From Patescibacteria group bacterium (GTDB lineage: Bacteria; Patescibacteriota; Patescibacteriia; Magasanikbacterales; GWA2-37-8), in contig JBAZUP010000003.1 of NCBI GenBank assembly GCA_041661385.1, forward strand, positions 36,299 through 100,298: a DNA stretch of 64,000 nt. The letters are read 5' to 3'. The position numbers and the translations under genes are program-made. Below are positions 9,377 through 21,899 of this stretch, piece by piece. Below the pieces are notes generated by a model. It saw only the letters and a list, made by a program, of their open reading frames with translations, was not told where the DNA came from and did not search any database. Position 1 is the stretch's first letter, and every line of letters starts with the position of its first letter.

Positions 9377-9778
9377 GTGTTCAAAGAGCAAAAACGAGAC
9401 TACCGTAGCACCATACTAAACATTCTAAAAAGACACCCGCAACTCTGCCAAAAACTAATTGTCCTTTCAATCGGCTACTTAACGCCAAATAAAGCCGCCG
9501 ACATGATCCGCGCCTACCAACAAAAAACCGGCTGTTACTGCGAATGGATATCCAGCATAGTAGACCGACGAATCAATAAACCAATTTGGAAAACTATGAC
9601 GCCGACCGAACGCCACGATTTCGAGTTGTCTGAAAAACAAATGTACGCTACCGTAACAAAAGAACTAATCTGCGATGCCATCCGCTTGCGAAAACAAACT
9701 TATGGCGCAAAACAAGCTAAAGAAGCTATAAACGCCCAATTAACCGGAACACAAGTGCTATTTGCATCATTCTTTTAA
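9377..9778 (+). CDS. hypothetical protein
   Basis: AAGGAGA RBS, GTG start. Confidence 0.7.
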   Translation: MFKEQKRDYRSTILNILKRHPQLCQKLIVLSIGYLTPNKAADMIRAYQQKTGCYCEWISSIVDRRINKPIWKTMTPTERHDFELSEKQMYATVTKELICDAIRLRKQTYGAKQAKEAINAQLTGTQVLFASFF

Positions 9779-9787
9779 GGAGTTATC

Positions 9788-9958
9788 ATGTCCGACAACA
9801 TTAGACATCGAATTTCATATATTCAAGATACCACCGACCAACTTTGGGAAGCAATAATCAACAAAGAACACTCAAAATCATGCGAATTAACCGAAATCCT
9901 GGCAAAACAATCCAAAGAACTAGAAATCGCAATAGAAAAGGAATTAGGAAATGGCTAA
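9788..9958 (+). CDS. small hypothetical protein (56 aa)
   Basis: AAGGAG RBS; fills gap between ORFs. Confidence 0.6.
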   Translation: MSDNIRHRISYIQDTTDQLWEAIINKEHSKSCELTEILAKQSKELEIAIEKELGNG

Positions 9959-10655
9959 ATTTAAAATAAACGTCCACTGGGAAATGTACGACATAATTGA
10001 AATTGAAGCGCCGACGCTAAAAGACGCAATAGCAATAGTCAATCACGAAAACTTCCCATTGCCGGCAACCGGCGAGTATTTAGACGACAGCTTTCGCGTC
10101 GATGAAGAATATTGCGAAACAATCGAGGAAGATTTTGTAACTATTTCAATCAACGATCATCAAGCTGAATTGCTAAAACAATTTGCCTCCAGCGACAATA
10201 ACACCACGAAAACAGTAATCGAACTATGCCCGCACTGCGAACATGAAGCAACGCTGGAGCTGGAACTCCACGACAATATTCTTGCAAAAACATGTCCGAA
10301 TTGCGGGAAACAATTAATGCTTTGTAGCGAATGTCCCAATAGCCGTTGCAACACTTGCCCGCACAAACCAACCGTTTTGAAAAAATACTCCGTAATGGTG
10401 GAATCCACAGTCATGGCAAGAAACGAAGACGAAGCAATGTGTATAGCCGACACAATACCTTTCAACTCTTTTTACGAAGGTGAAGTACTAAACGCAAGCT
10501 CTGTTAGCGTAGTCGAATTACAACCACAAATACACACAGTATCAGTGCGTATCGAAGTAAACGCAAATAACGCCTGTGAAGCCCAACGTTTAACTGAAGC
10601 AGCAATAAACGTCCTGGACACCGGCATAAATATAAAGGAGCTAAAATGCGCATAA
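9951..10655 (+). CDS. multidomain hypothetical protein with zinc ribbons
   Basis: CPHC, CPNC, CSEC; repeated V.VEA...DEA-like modules. Confidence 0.7.
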   Translation: MAKFKINVHWEMYDIIEIEAPTLKDAIAIVNHENFPLPATGEYLDDSFRVDEEYCETIEEDFVTISINDHQAELLKQFASSDNNTTKTVIELCPHCEHEATLELELHDNILAKTCPNCGKQLMLCSECPNSRCNTCPHKPTVLKKYSVMVESTVMARNEDEAMCIADTIPFNSFYEGEVLNASSVSVVELQPQIHTVSVRIEVNANNACEAQRLTEAAINVLDTGINIKELKCA

Positions 10656-10957
10656 GTATTGAAATCACAAACCGCCAAGCCGAATTATTAAAACAATTTG
10701 CCACAAGCAACAACATGGCAACCAGAGATCCGATAGTGCAAATCATCAACAACGACACCAAACTGCCGGTTGCATACTTCTTCACGGTAGAAGAAGCACG
10801 TCGAGTATTCAAACTACGCCGCTACGCATACACCAATCATTCAATTTATCTCGACGCACCAGGCGAGGGAACAGAAGATAGCGACTGGACTCATTTTTAT
10901 CAACTGTTGAAATACATTGCAACAAATATCTGCAACGTCCAGGAGACTACGCCATGA
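10646..10957 (+). CDS. hypothetical protein
   Basis: AAGGAG RBS; QAELLKQFA segment duplicated in upstream gene. Confidence 0.7.
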   Translation: MRISIEITNRQAELLKQFATSNNMATRDPIVQIINNDTKLPVAYFFTVEEARRVFKLRRYAYTNHSIYLDAPGEGTEDSDWTHFYQLLKYIATNICNVQETTP

Positions 10958-11071
10958 TTTTTTATATTATATTAGCAATATGGGTTGTATTAATACTACT
11001 TATATCAAAATCGACAAAGCCAATAGAGTTACTAACTAACTTAGTAAGTTAATTAGTAAACAGGAGTAATT

Positions 11072-11665
11072 ATGAAAATACTACAACTAAAAACTTACCC
11101 GTTTTCTGAACTATCAACAAAAGCCAAAACTAAAGTTATTAAAAACTGGAATCACAATATTAACAGCATAAATGAATGCAGTTATCAAGAAATAATTGAA
11201 CAAGCTGCTAATATCATTGGCGTCAAAGTTGTAAATTGGAGCATTGACATCTACACCAAATATTTTGAACTCGAATTCGACCCTTGTTATTACCCGGAAC
11301 AAATAAAATCTTTAACCGGTACCAGATTATACAAATATATCCATAATTTCATCATACCACAAATAACCATTGCAGAACCAAACGACAACGACGGTTATAT
11401 CTGGCTCCGTGACGATTATTACGGCGATGACGGGGCACAATATATCTTTTCGAAAATGTTAGACTTTAACCCCAAAGAAAATAAAAACACAACTTACGAA
11501 ATGTTATCTTTTGCCGTAATCGACTATATTTTTGACATGTGGCAAACAGATGCACAATATCGCGAATTCGAAGAATACTTAGCTGAATATTTTAACCAAA
11601 ACGAATACCTTTTTGACATAGAAAGTAATATAATAAACCAAAGATTATTCAAAGAAGTAGCTTAA
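11072..11665 (+). CDS. acidic hypothetical protein
   Basis: AGGAG RBS; YPFSELS...EYLFD pattern. Confidence 0.75.
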   Translation: MKILQLKTYPFSELSTKAKTKVIKNWNHNINSINECSYQEIIEQAANIIGVKVVNWSIDIYTKYFELEFDPCYYPEQIKSLTGTRLYKYIHNFIIPQITIAEPNDNDGYIWLRDDYYGDDGAQYIFSKMLDFNPKENKNTTYEMLSFAVIDYIFDMWQTDAQYREFEEYLAEYFNQNEYLFDIESNIINQRLFKEVA

Positions 11666-11753
11666 GATAGAACAAAAGAGTGATAAATGTATAAAAATAT
11701 TACGCCGTTGCCACCCTGCTTTTTGAAAAATTAATTAACCCAAAGGAGCCTTT

Positions 11754-12164
11754 ATGAACTACAAACGTTTCTGTTTTGGATGGGGAATATTGTTGACATT
11801 TTATTTTCTAATGTGGTATTTCACCGGGTACAACACACTTAACACTTTAATCTTGGCATTGTTAACACAAATAGCACTATTTGCATACGATTTACACAAA
11901 AAAAACAAAATAATATCAACCATGCGAAAACAAATTGAATTTCCGCGAACAAGCACCGAAGGATTGATATTAGAATCAACTTATGCCGTATGGTTTATCA
12001 CCTTAACCAGCATAATAACATATTCAATCCTCATCAGAACAGATATGAAATTATTGATCATTTGCAACTTGGCAATTATCGTATTTTTTCAAATAAGTTA
12101 TCTACACATGAGAGATAATTATATTAAAATTTTGAAACACCTAATTAACGAACAAAATAATTAA
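11754..12164 (+). CDS. membrane protein
   Basis: Four hydrophobic segments; related to 12723 and 22793. Confidence 0.7.
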   Translation: MNYKRFCFGWGILLTFYFLMWYFTGYNTLNTLILALLTQIALFAYDLHKKNKIISTMRKQIEFPRTSTEGLILESTYAVWFITLTSIITYSILIRTDMKLLIICNLAIIVFFQISYLHMRDNYIKILKHLINEQNN

Positions 12165-12266
12165 AAACACAAACATGTTCTCAAGCCAGCGTTTTAAGCT
12201 GGTTTCTTTATTTTAAACTATAAATCAAAAAATATGTTATCATATTAAAAAACAGGAGTATTAAAA

Positions 12267-12701
12267 ATGTTATATTACATAAGCTTAGGAATAGCTATTC
12301 TATCATTTATAATGGTATTCATAACACTTGCTTTAAATAATTTTTCCCGCTTAATATATTTAGCATGTGTAGCATTAATAATATCCATGCCACTAGCACT
12401 TTTATCCGCAAATAGTTATTCTTATTTACCAATTAAGCCTAACTATCTACAAGAATGGATTATGCCTATTGTGCAAAGCAACGAAAAACTATATACTACC
12501 GATAAGGATTTCACATATGTTTATATTGGCAATAACAACAACTCAACCCGTTGGAGTTTAGATATGAATGCCGAAAAAATAATAATAATTAAAGACGCTG
12601 CCGGACCGGGTTCGTCATATATTATCAAAAAAACGTCTCCAATGACTTTTATCTCATTACCGGTAAGCTATTACGAAATTCACATACCACCAAATTATTA
12701 A
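12267..12701 (+). CDS. membrane-anchored protein, paralog of 27131
   Basis: QEWIMP...YEIHIPPNY. Confidence 0.7.
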   Translation: MLYYISLGIAILSFIMVFITLALNNFSRLIYLACVALIISMPLALLSANSYSYLPIKPNYLQEWIMPIVQSNEKLYTTDKDFTYVYIGNNNNSTRWSLDMNAEKIIIIKDAAGPGSSYIIKKTSPMTFISLPVSYYEIHIPPNY

Positions 12702-12722
12702 CAAAAAGAGAAGGTAATCAAA

Positions 12723-12938
12723 ATGTGGCTTAAACCAGTATATATGGGATGGCTAGCAATAATTGCTATAGAATTTCTTATTTGGATAATTTCCGGGTAT
12801 AATATGAGCTGGCCAATAATAGGCACGCTTGCGGCTACCACTATTTGTTTAGCTTATGAAATTAGAAGCTTACACAAATACATAGAAAATTACGAAAAAA
12901 ACGTCAAATTACTGCTCGATAACAAAGACGGTTTTTAA
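12723..12938 (+). CDS. small membrane protein
   Basis: Two TM; YIENYEK shared with 22793. Confidence 0.7.
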   Translation: MWLKPVYMGWLAIIAIEFLIWIISGYNMSWPIIGTLAATTICLAYEIRSLHKYIENYEKNVKLLLDNKDGF

Positions 12939-13024
12939 ACAAACACTTCTATAATATCAAAATAACCAAAGCCAGCATTTTATGCTGGCTTCTTTCTTTT
13001 AAATTAACCCAACAGGAGGCACAC

Positions 13025-13315
13025 ATGAACCTAAAAATCAAAACACTCGCCGGTTGCAACAAACCAACCTACTCCGAATACCTACAACCAAACGACCAGG
13101 TAGATGAAGACATGGTAGATTATTTCAACGAAGTACTACCACCACTAAAAACCCGTGCCGGTTTAATTCAGTGCAGCGAACCCTACGACCACGTAAACGG
13201 AAAAGCAACATTCACAACTTTTGAGCAAATTGGCAAAGATTGGTTTTATCGCGGCCACTGCCACCACAACGAAACAGAACACAAAATTGGAATTTTTGAA
13301 TTAAATACTAACTAA
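13025..13315 (+). CDS. hypothetical protein
   Basis: AGGAGG RBS, ORF. Confidence 0.75.
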   Translation: MNLKIKTLAGCNKPTYSEYLQPNDQVDEDMVDYFNEVLPPLKTRAGLIQCSEPYDHVNGKATFTTFEQIGKDWFYRGHCHHNETEHKIGIFELNTN

Positions 13316-13340
13316 TATTAGTTAGTAAACTTAGTAATAA

Positions 13341-15374
<2,034 letters not shown>

Positions 15375-15389
15375 GAAAGGAATATTATC

Positions 15390-15824
15390 ATGAACGATTA
15401 TTTAGCACTAAAAAAGAATCAGGCAGACCGATTAGACCTATTCACAAAAGACAATATGTTTTTTGCATTTAGCAAACAACAACTCGAAGAAGGTATGAAA
15501 AGTTTAGGCGTAACAGATACGTCACAATTATCAAGCATACCGGGCGGTGGTATTATTTTGAAAGATAAAGTTGCTGAATATAAAGAACTCGGGACAGCTT
15601 TCAGCGACGAAATGCAAAAAGCCATTGACTCGGACACAACCGGAGAAGGCTTTATTTACAACATGTTCTTGTACGAACTAGACAACCACGAATACAGCTA
15701 CACCGGCGAACTAGACCAAACACTAGACGCTTTAGACTTAACCTTAGAAGCAGTAAACGCAAGCCAACCCTTGCTAAACGGACTTAACTTAGCCATTAAA
15801 AAGCAAAGACAAATGTACGCTTAA
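15390..15824 (+). CDS. hypothetical protein
   Basis: MFFAFSKQQLEEG...FLYELDNHEY; RBS AAAGGA. Confidence 0.75.
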   Translation: MNDYLALKKNQADRLDLFTKDNMFFAFSKQQLEEGMKSLGVTDTSQLSSIPGGGIILKDKVAEYKELGTAFSDEMQKAIDSDTTGEGFIYNMFLYELDNHEYSYTGELDQTLDALDLTLEAVNASQPLLNGLNLAIKKQRQMYA

Positions 15825-15831
15825 TCACCAC

Positions 15832-16050
15832 TCGCCATCCCCTCCGCGCAATTACGCAAGACAATTACTCGCTCTAGGCGAAAAATGTACGAACAGCAAA
15901 GCGGCGTGTTTGAGTGAAACGAGTTTGCCGTTTGCGGTACATCGCCGTAGAGCGAGTTTGCCTGAAGTACGGCGCTTGACTTTTTTGCTTCCTTTTTGTG
16001 TCAAGACAAAAAGCAAGACGCGAACAGCGGAACACGCACCACGTCCACTG
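15832..16050. repeat. 230-bp structured repeat, copy 2
   Basis: Homologous to 3245 and 17241. Confidence 0.95.
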
Positions 16051-16066
16051 AAAAAAGGATATTATA

Positions 16067-16516
16067 ATGAAAAAATATAAAACCAAATACATCCAACACT
16101 TCGACGACGAGCGCCAAATCGGCAACGGAATAATAGTCACCCTGCACTATGGCTGGTCATACGAGCCAAACGAACACCAAGGCGTGCGAGGTTTTGATAA
16201 AATAACCGAAGCTATCTCGGCATCAAGGCACAAGAACATCTACCCGTGCAAATGTGAATTATGCTTAAGAAACTTAAGGCAGAAAGGAAATAAAATAAAT
16301 GAAAAATTGCAAAAAACAATAAAAGAGCATTATCTAACCCCGGAACTAATAAAACTTCGCGACATCGTTAGTTGTATTGTAGTTATGTGCTACCTGCCCA
16401 AGAAAAAAGAATACGTTGTCTGGTTTTACAACGAAAGTTCCGGATTTTTTCTAGGTTGTTATTACCAAAGCCGCGATGCAGCTGAAATAAAATTCGAAGA
16501 AAGAATTAGTTGCTAA
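16067..16516 (+). CDS. hypothetical protein (possibly two fused genes)
   Basis: AAGGA RBS; internal RBS-like AGAAAGGA near 16281. Confidence 0.6.
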   Translation: MKKYKTKYIQHFDDERQIGNGIIVTLHYGWSYEPNEHQGVRGFDKITEAISASRHKNIYPCKCELCLRNLRQKGNKINEKLQKTIKEHYLTPELIKLRDIVSCIVVMCYLPKKKEYVVWFYNESSGFFLGCYYQSRDAAEIKFEERISC

Positions 16517-16587
16517 GTTATATAACTAATATAACTTAGTTAGTATAATAAAAGATTTTATGAACATTTAATTAAAAGGAGAATATT

Positions 16588-16935
16588 ATGGGCTTTTTCA
16601 GTTGGAAAACCAAAGACACCAGTGTATCAATCCCTTCTTGTTATAGCAAAAGAAAAACGATTAAGGTTTATATGGTCCTGCCGGACAAAACGGTGTACGA
16701 AGAAAGCAATTATGAAGGATATGGGTTTTTTGGTGGCAAAAACTATTATGAAGCATTAAGCGAAATTAATGGCGGGCCGTCCGACGATAATTACGGTATA
16801 AACATCGAACATAACTTACGCGGTAAGTGTACCAACTTAGTGTTTCCTCAATTAGTAGAAGATCCAAATTCGCTAACACCCGATTCATTTAAAACGCCAA
16901 ACGACAATTGCGAGTATCAGGGATATTTTTATTAA
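16588..16935 (+). CDS. hypothetical protein
   Basis: AAGGAGA RBS; MGFFSW...YEGYG.FGGK.YY...QGYFY. Confidence 0.78.
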   Translation: MGFFSWKTKDTSVSIPSCYSKRKTIKVYMVLPDKTVYEESNYEGYGFFGGKNYYEALSEINGGPSDDNYGINIEHNLRGKCTNLVFPQLVEDPNSLTPDSFKTPNDNCEYQGYFY

Positions 16936-16963
16936 AACCAACATTTCTTTTTAAGGAGTCGCC

Positions 16964-17236
16964 ATGCCACAACGACCATTAACGAAAAAACTACTATCCA
17001 TAATCATTGCAGTACAAGATTATGCGAAATATCACAGAAGTCACAACATTATGCTTCGTAACAACAACATACAAGAAACCAGTTATTGGTTTGAAGAAAC
17101 ACGAGATTATTATTTTGGGTTACCAACAAAAATACTCAAAAACGCCAAGTTAAAACCTTCTACCGACGATTTTGAATATGTTTTATCATTTAAAGTAACG
17201 CCAGAAATGTTAAAAATCGAATTCAAAAACTCTTAA
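16964..17236 (+). CDS. hypothetical protein
   Basis: AAGGAG RBS. Confidence 0.65.
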   Translation: MPQRPLTKKLLSIIIAVQDYAKYHRSHNIMLRNNNIQETSYWFEETRDYYFGLPTKILKNAKLKPSTDDFEYVLSFKVTPEMLKIEFKNS

Positions 17237-17240
17237 TATT

Positions 17241-17474
17241 CTCCTCGTCGTTCCCCTCCGCGCATTACGCAGGGAAACTACTCGCACTAGGCGAAAATTG
17301 TGCGAACAGCAAAGCGGCGTGTTTGAGTGAAACGAGTTTGCCGTTTGCGGCACATCGCCGTAGAGTGAGTTTAACCGGAGTACGGCGCTTGATTTTTTTG
17401 CCTCCTTTTTTTATCAAGAAAAAAAGCAGGACGCGCCAGCGGAAAACGCACTCGTTCCACCTAACGAAAACAAA
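17241..17474. repeat. 230-bp structured repeat, copy 3
   Basis: Homologous to 3245 and 15832. Confidence 0.95.
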
Positions 17475-17975
17475 GACTACCAAAAATTCATCGACTATTG
17501 CCAGATACAACTCGACCACTACAGCAACCCATTGGGCAGTCAACCAAGCCGACCAAAAGAGCAAAACAAAGTGTTCCACTTCGATGGCACAAAACTAAAA
17601 CATATTGATTTCACCAAAACAAAATAACTCCTGAAAACCGTTTACCAATAAAACAACGTATACGCCCGCGCAGCGTAACGAGTTTTCACAAAAACAAACG
17701 TCCCGCAAGCATCCGACATAGCTTGCAGGACGTATTTTTTTGCAACTATGCGGCAGCATTATTTTTTAGGAGTAAAAATGAAACAACCACCAACTAGGCA
17801 AGAGAATATTCAACAACTTCAAGAACTAACCGACAAAGAATATGACAAATATTTTTGGACCCTTTTTTCTGAAGAAGACATATATCCAGAAAAAGTTATT
17901 TTTCCTTGTTTTGCTCTAAGAAGGTAAACCGCAGCAAACATAGTGGACACAGATTTAAAAATATTGGAGGCATAA

Positions 17976-18299
17976 ATGACTTTACTTGAAAGAATACACC
18001 CGCGCGTAGATGTTGTTGATGTTATCAGGGAACAAATCGAAACGTTCAGTGCAGAACAACTAATCAGTATCTGTTATAACCGCTCGTTAGTTGCTGTTGC
18101 CAACCTCATCAGCGATAAGGTATACGAAATGTTGGCGGAGGTAGTACTAAACGAAAACGATAAATTAGAAGACATCAAAATAAAATGGTGCTTTGAAGAT
18201 GCCAGTTCAGAAATAATTAAACTCGGTATTGACATAGCAGTTAGAAAAGATACCAACCTGAGAATAGATTTAATAGATACGATGGAGATTAGCGGTTGA
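17976..18299 (+). CDS. hypothetical protein
   Basis: GGAGG RBS. Confidence 0.7.
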   Translation: MTLLERIHPRVDVVDVIREQIETFSAEQLISICYNRSLVAVANLISDKVYEMLAEVVLNENDKLEDIKIKWCFEDASSEIIKLGIDIAVRKDTNLRIDLIDTMEISG

Positions 18300-18688
18300 T
18301 GGTTGAAAAAATAAGTTTCCGGGTTACCTTTGTTGATCCAGATTATAGAACAAGTGAACTGGAAGAGAAAATGCACGAATTATTCGCAAACGCAGACGAT
18401 AAAACCGGTATGGCGGTTAAAATCAACATTGAAGAAATTTTCGGACACATACCAAGTATAATAGATCCGCACTGCAACGACACTCCTTCGTTACGAACAT
18501 TTGTTGTTGATGATGTTATTATGAACTACTTCAGTCAGGAGCCAATAGACTTAGACACCACAAAAGGTAAGTCTTTCTATATTCACACCTGTGAAGCACT
18601 ACAACAATACCAACAACGTGATGCTGATTGGGAAGGCATAGAACCTTACGTAAAGAAAGCTTTTGAAGAAAGCGCTTTTAAAATTTAA
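18296..18688 (+). CDS. hypothetical protein, paralog of 39609
   Basis: SFRVTF...DADWEGI. Confidence 0.7.
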   Translation: MMVEKISFRVTFVDPDYRTSELEEKMHELFANADDKTGMAVKINIEEIFGHIPSIIDPHCNDTPSLRTFVVDDVIMNYFSQEPIDLDTTKGKSFYIHTCEALQQYQQRDADWEGIEPYVKKAFEESAFKI

Positions 18689-18736
18689 TACTCAACTATG
18701 TACTAATAACTAAAACAATAATCAAAGAGGTAATAT

Positions 18737-18919
18737 ATGGATGCCTTTCAAAGAATTGTCACAAAATCCATGAGCAACTGCAGAGGTGGCTATAAATGCC
18801 GCCTCTGTGCAGCCTACGGCCAGAAACGTAAAAAATTAGCAAAAGGCAAACAATTATACCGCCAAATAGCCCGAAGCCGACTAAAAAGAATTCTTAAAAC
18901 AATAGATATAGAAAATTAA
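18737..18919 (+). CDS. small basic Cys-containing protein
   Basis: GAGG RBS; CRGGYKCRLC. Confidence 0.6.
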   Translation: MDAFQRIVTKSMSNCRGGYKCRLCAAYGQKRKKLAKGKQLYRQIARSRLKRILKTIDIEN

Positions 18920-18986
18920 TTAATATTGATTAACAAATAAATTTAACCACTATATTATACATACTGTATAATAAGGAATAACAATT

Positions 18987-19217
18987 ATGAACGAAAATGA
19001 AATGGCTTTAATTGTTGCAATACTATCACCAAAAACATTAACCATTGAAGCCTCTTTTGCTCGAATAAGCAACGAGTTTGCAAAATATTCAAATGAAGAT
19101 ATTGTAGATATGATCGAATTAAAGAAAACAATGACCTACAAACAAATTGCTGATATTTATAACATCACCCCGGATGCAGTATATAACAAAATACGCCGAT
19201 TCACCGGGAAAATATAA
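18987..19217 (+). CDS. HTH DNA-binding protein
   Basis: MTYKQIADIYNITPDAVYNKIRR. Confidence 0.75.
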   Translation: MNENEMALIVAILSPKTLTIEASFARISNEFAKYSNEDIVDMIELKKTMTYKQIADIYNITPDAVYNKIRRFTGKI

Positions 19218-19246
19218 AACACTATAATAGGAGAGAACTAAACAAC

Positions 19247-19519
19247 ATGCTAAACCTTCTCGCGCTAATACTCCCATCTATAATTGTAGGTAACATTTTA
19301 GCGTATTTAATCACTAAACATCCCGAACAAACCAGACAATTCGGGCTTTTTATTCAAAATGAAAATACCGTTCTAATAACATCCATTATAACAACTATTA
19401 TGCTCGTTAAGACAATACTATTTGCCGAAACAACTAAACGAAAGATGAACACTTTAATCGGTGCATTAATAGTATCAATTATTTTCAATGGCATATTCGT
19501 CTACATAAAATTTCAATAA
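19247..19519 (+). CDS. membrane protein
   Basis: Three hydrophobic segments. Confidence 0.65.
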   Translation: MLNLLALILPSIIVGNILAYLITKHPEQTRQFGLFIQNENTVLITSIITTIMLVKTILFAETTKRKMNTLIGALIVSIIFNGIFVYIKFQ

Positions 19520-19534
19520 AACTAAGAGGTAATA

Positions 19535-20068
19535 ATGAACCTGATAAAAAAACGTATTATTTTAGATGCAGCTTTGCTAATAACTACTCTTTTGTTAATA
19601 ATTGCCACTATTCTCATCATACCTATTTATTTTGAAGCACTCTTTTCAGTGTTGTTTCAACACCTGACGCTTTTCACAATTTGGCTCAAAATTAACATGT
19701 ATTGGTTACTTGCCACGTCAGTATTATTAATAATCATTACAACGTTTTTCAAAACAAATATCTATGTTAAACTTACCATAAACAACGTATTTAAATACAT
19801 AATAATAGCAGCTGTGTATTTTACGTGGACAAAATTTACCGAATTTCACAATATCACAGAATGTAGCGGTGGAAAATACAACACCAATCTTTTTTGTCTC
19901 TACACAATATTCTTTTCAATTTATTTTATACTCAAATTAGTCGACATCGCGGGGCGTCAAACCAACTATTATAAAAACCATCTTATCAAACAGGAAAAAC
20001 TAAGAAAAGAAAAAGAACTTGATATAATACGTACAGAATTTAGTAAAAAAATGTGGCATCACGAATAA
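19535..20068 (+). CDS. membrane protein
   Basis: Several hydrophobic segments. Confidence 0.65.
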   Translation: MNLIKKRIILDAALLITTLLLIIATILIIPIYFEALFSVLFQHLTLFTIWLKINMYWLLATSVLLIIITTFFKTNIYVKLTINNVFKYIIIAAVYFTWTKFTEFHNITECSGGKYNTNLFCLYTIFFSIYFILKLVDIAGRQTNYYKNHLIKQEKLRKEKELDIIRTEFSKKMWHHE

Positions 20069-20384
20069 TTAGGAGAAATATGGGCCCAATAATAGAAGAT
20101 AAATTCCCGATAAAAATCGGATTGCCACCTGAAAAAGAGTGTAAACACCTAATACGCCGCTGTTATTCTCCAAATGATCCGACAAAAAGCCACAAAAACT
20201 TGCAAATATTAAGATTTTAGAATTAATAATAAAACCATGGTGCAATAAAAAAAATACCTGGTGTCATCGTAAGAATTGTTTAGACGCACCAAAACCAACC
20301 GAAAAAACCAATTTCTCTTACACTCCAAACGGTTGGGCGACAATTCGCTAAATATAATTGTAAAATTAAGAAAGCACAGAAAAT

Positions 20385-20807
20385 ATGAACAATCTCACAA
20401 TTTATGAATGGATACCAGAATATCATTGGGTAGCATTTAGACACATGTGCGCCGACCGCAATTTACTGTATATGACCGAACTAATGCCACTAATCGATGA
20501 GCTGCAAAGTTGGGAAGGAATCGGACCAAAGAGATATGCTGAATTGCGAGATAAACTGCTGCCGTATAATACTGCAGATATTAAAAACTATCGACTAACG
20601 ATAGCTGGTGCTTTTAATCCTCCTGCATTCGTTAAATTTCGATTGTGGTGCAAAGAACAAGGATTTCAACACTTTGACGAACTAAACGAAGAAATTTTCA
20701 ATAATAAAATATTACCATTGAAAAAAGGTAATCTTTACGATACGAGAAAAAGATACGACGTAATCAAAACACGAGTATTCGAACTACGTGGAAAAAGATT
20801 TTTGTAA
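20385..20807 (+). CDS. HhH / RNAP alpha-CTD-like tandem domain protein
   Basis: LQSWEGIGPKRYAEL HhH motif; internal duplication. Confidence 0.5.
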   Translation: MNNLTIYEWIPEYHWVAFRHMCADRNLLYMTELMPLIDELQSWEGIGPKRYAELRDKLLPYNTADIKNYRLTIAGAFNPPAFVKFRLWCKEQGFQHFDELNEEIFNNKILPLKKGNLYDTRKRYDVIKTRVFELRGKRFL

Positions 20808-20835
20808 AAGCAAAAAAATTAATGAGGTAATAGTA

Positions 20836-21237
20836 ATGTTAGGTGATAAAATAAAACAATTACGTATTGACAAGGAAGTGCAACAAAAAGAACTCGCAAA
20901 TATAATGAATGTCACTGTTAGCGCTGTCAGTATGTGGGAAACTAACATGCGTGTTCCGGAAGTAGCCACATTACAACGCATAGCCGAGTATTTCGGTGTA
21001 ACTATTGATTCTTTACTTGGGACAAATAAACAATCAGTATTACCAATCCCGGAAACTAAAGATGAAATAATTATCTGTTTTAGATGCGAAGGTAAAGGCA
21101 TCAGAGACAGTTGTTTCGGATGGCCATCTTACGGCACAGAAAAATGTGATGAATGCCGCGGCAGTGGTAGATTGTTAAAACAAACTAGTTATGTTGCATA
21201 TAAACCTGAAAAGGCAGTAAAAAATGATAAAAACTAG
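20836..21237 (+). CDS. XRE HTH regulator fused to DnaJ-like zinc finger
   Basis: IKQLR...QKELA...SAVSMWE; CFRCEGKG and CDECRGSG. Confidence 0.85.
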   Translation: MLGDKIKQLRIDKEVQQKELANIMNVTVSAVSMWETNMRVPEVATLQRIAEYFGVTIDSLLGTNKQSVLPIPETKDEIIICFRCEGKGIRDSCFGWPSYGTEKCDECRGSGRLLKQTSYVAYKPEKAVKNDKN

Positions 21238-21565
21238 AAACATTTACCCCTGTGACACAAAAATAGTATTTACAACTACTGACGTTAGAAGTAATTTAAG
21301 CGACGACGGAAAACCAATAAGCTTGAAACACGCACTAAATACCGGTATCTGCACTCATTTCAACGAAAAAGAACTTACCGCTGAAGAACAAGTATGCTTT
21401 GCAACCATCGTGAAGCTATATGAGCAAAATCACAACTTAAATAACAACCAGCCAATACCAAAAAATATTTTTAATCATTTTCGTCTAATATTCTCGTTGA
21501 TTAAAAATGACAACGAAACCGCAAATTTATTGCTAAAAAAACTATCGGAAACTGAGGCAACATAA
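21224..21565 (+). CDS. hypothetical protein, paralog of 32355
   Basis: LTAEEQVCFATI...IFSLIKN. Confidence 0.72.
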   Translation: MIKTRNIYPCDTKIVFTTTDVRSNLSDDGKPISLKHALNTGICTHFNEKELTAEEQVCFATIVKLYEQNHNLNNNQPIPKNIFNHFRLIFSLIKNDNETANLLLKKLSETEAT

Positions 21566-21867
21566 TGTTTGAAACGATTAATATAGTTTTATGTTCTTGG
21601 ATTACACAGTTCATTCTTTCGCTATTATCAACGATAATATTTTGTTTACTCATGTTAGTACCTAGAGAATTTGATTTTGGCTGTTTTTTAGGTGCAATTT
21701 TAGGAATCACGGGTATGATCTTTTTTATAGTGTTTCCACAAAACATAATGTTTATAAATTCTATTTTTACCGCGATATTTACCACGTTAATCGGTGTTAT
21801 AGTTTTCGTAATGGCAATTTTAACAAGCATAGGAACTTTTTATAATTTCAAAAAAATAAAATCATAA
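21565..21867 (+). CDS. membrane protein
   Basis: Three hydrophobic segments. Confidence 0.65.
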   Translation: MFETINIVLCSWITQFILSLLSTIIFCLLMLVPREFDFGCFLGAILGITGMIFFIVFPQNIMFINSIFTAIFTTLIGVIVFVMAILTSIGTFYNFKKIKS

Positions 21868-21899
21868 AAATATCGACATCAAGGAGAACATTAATAATT

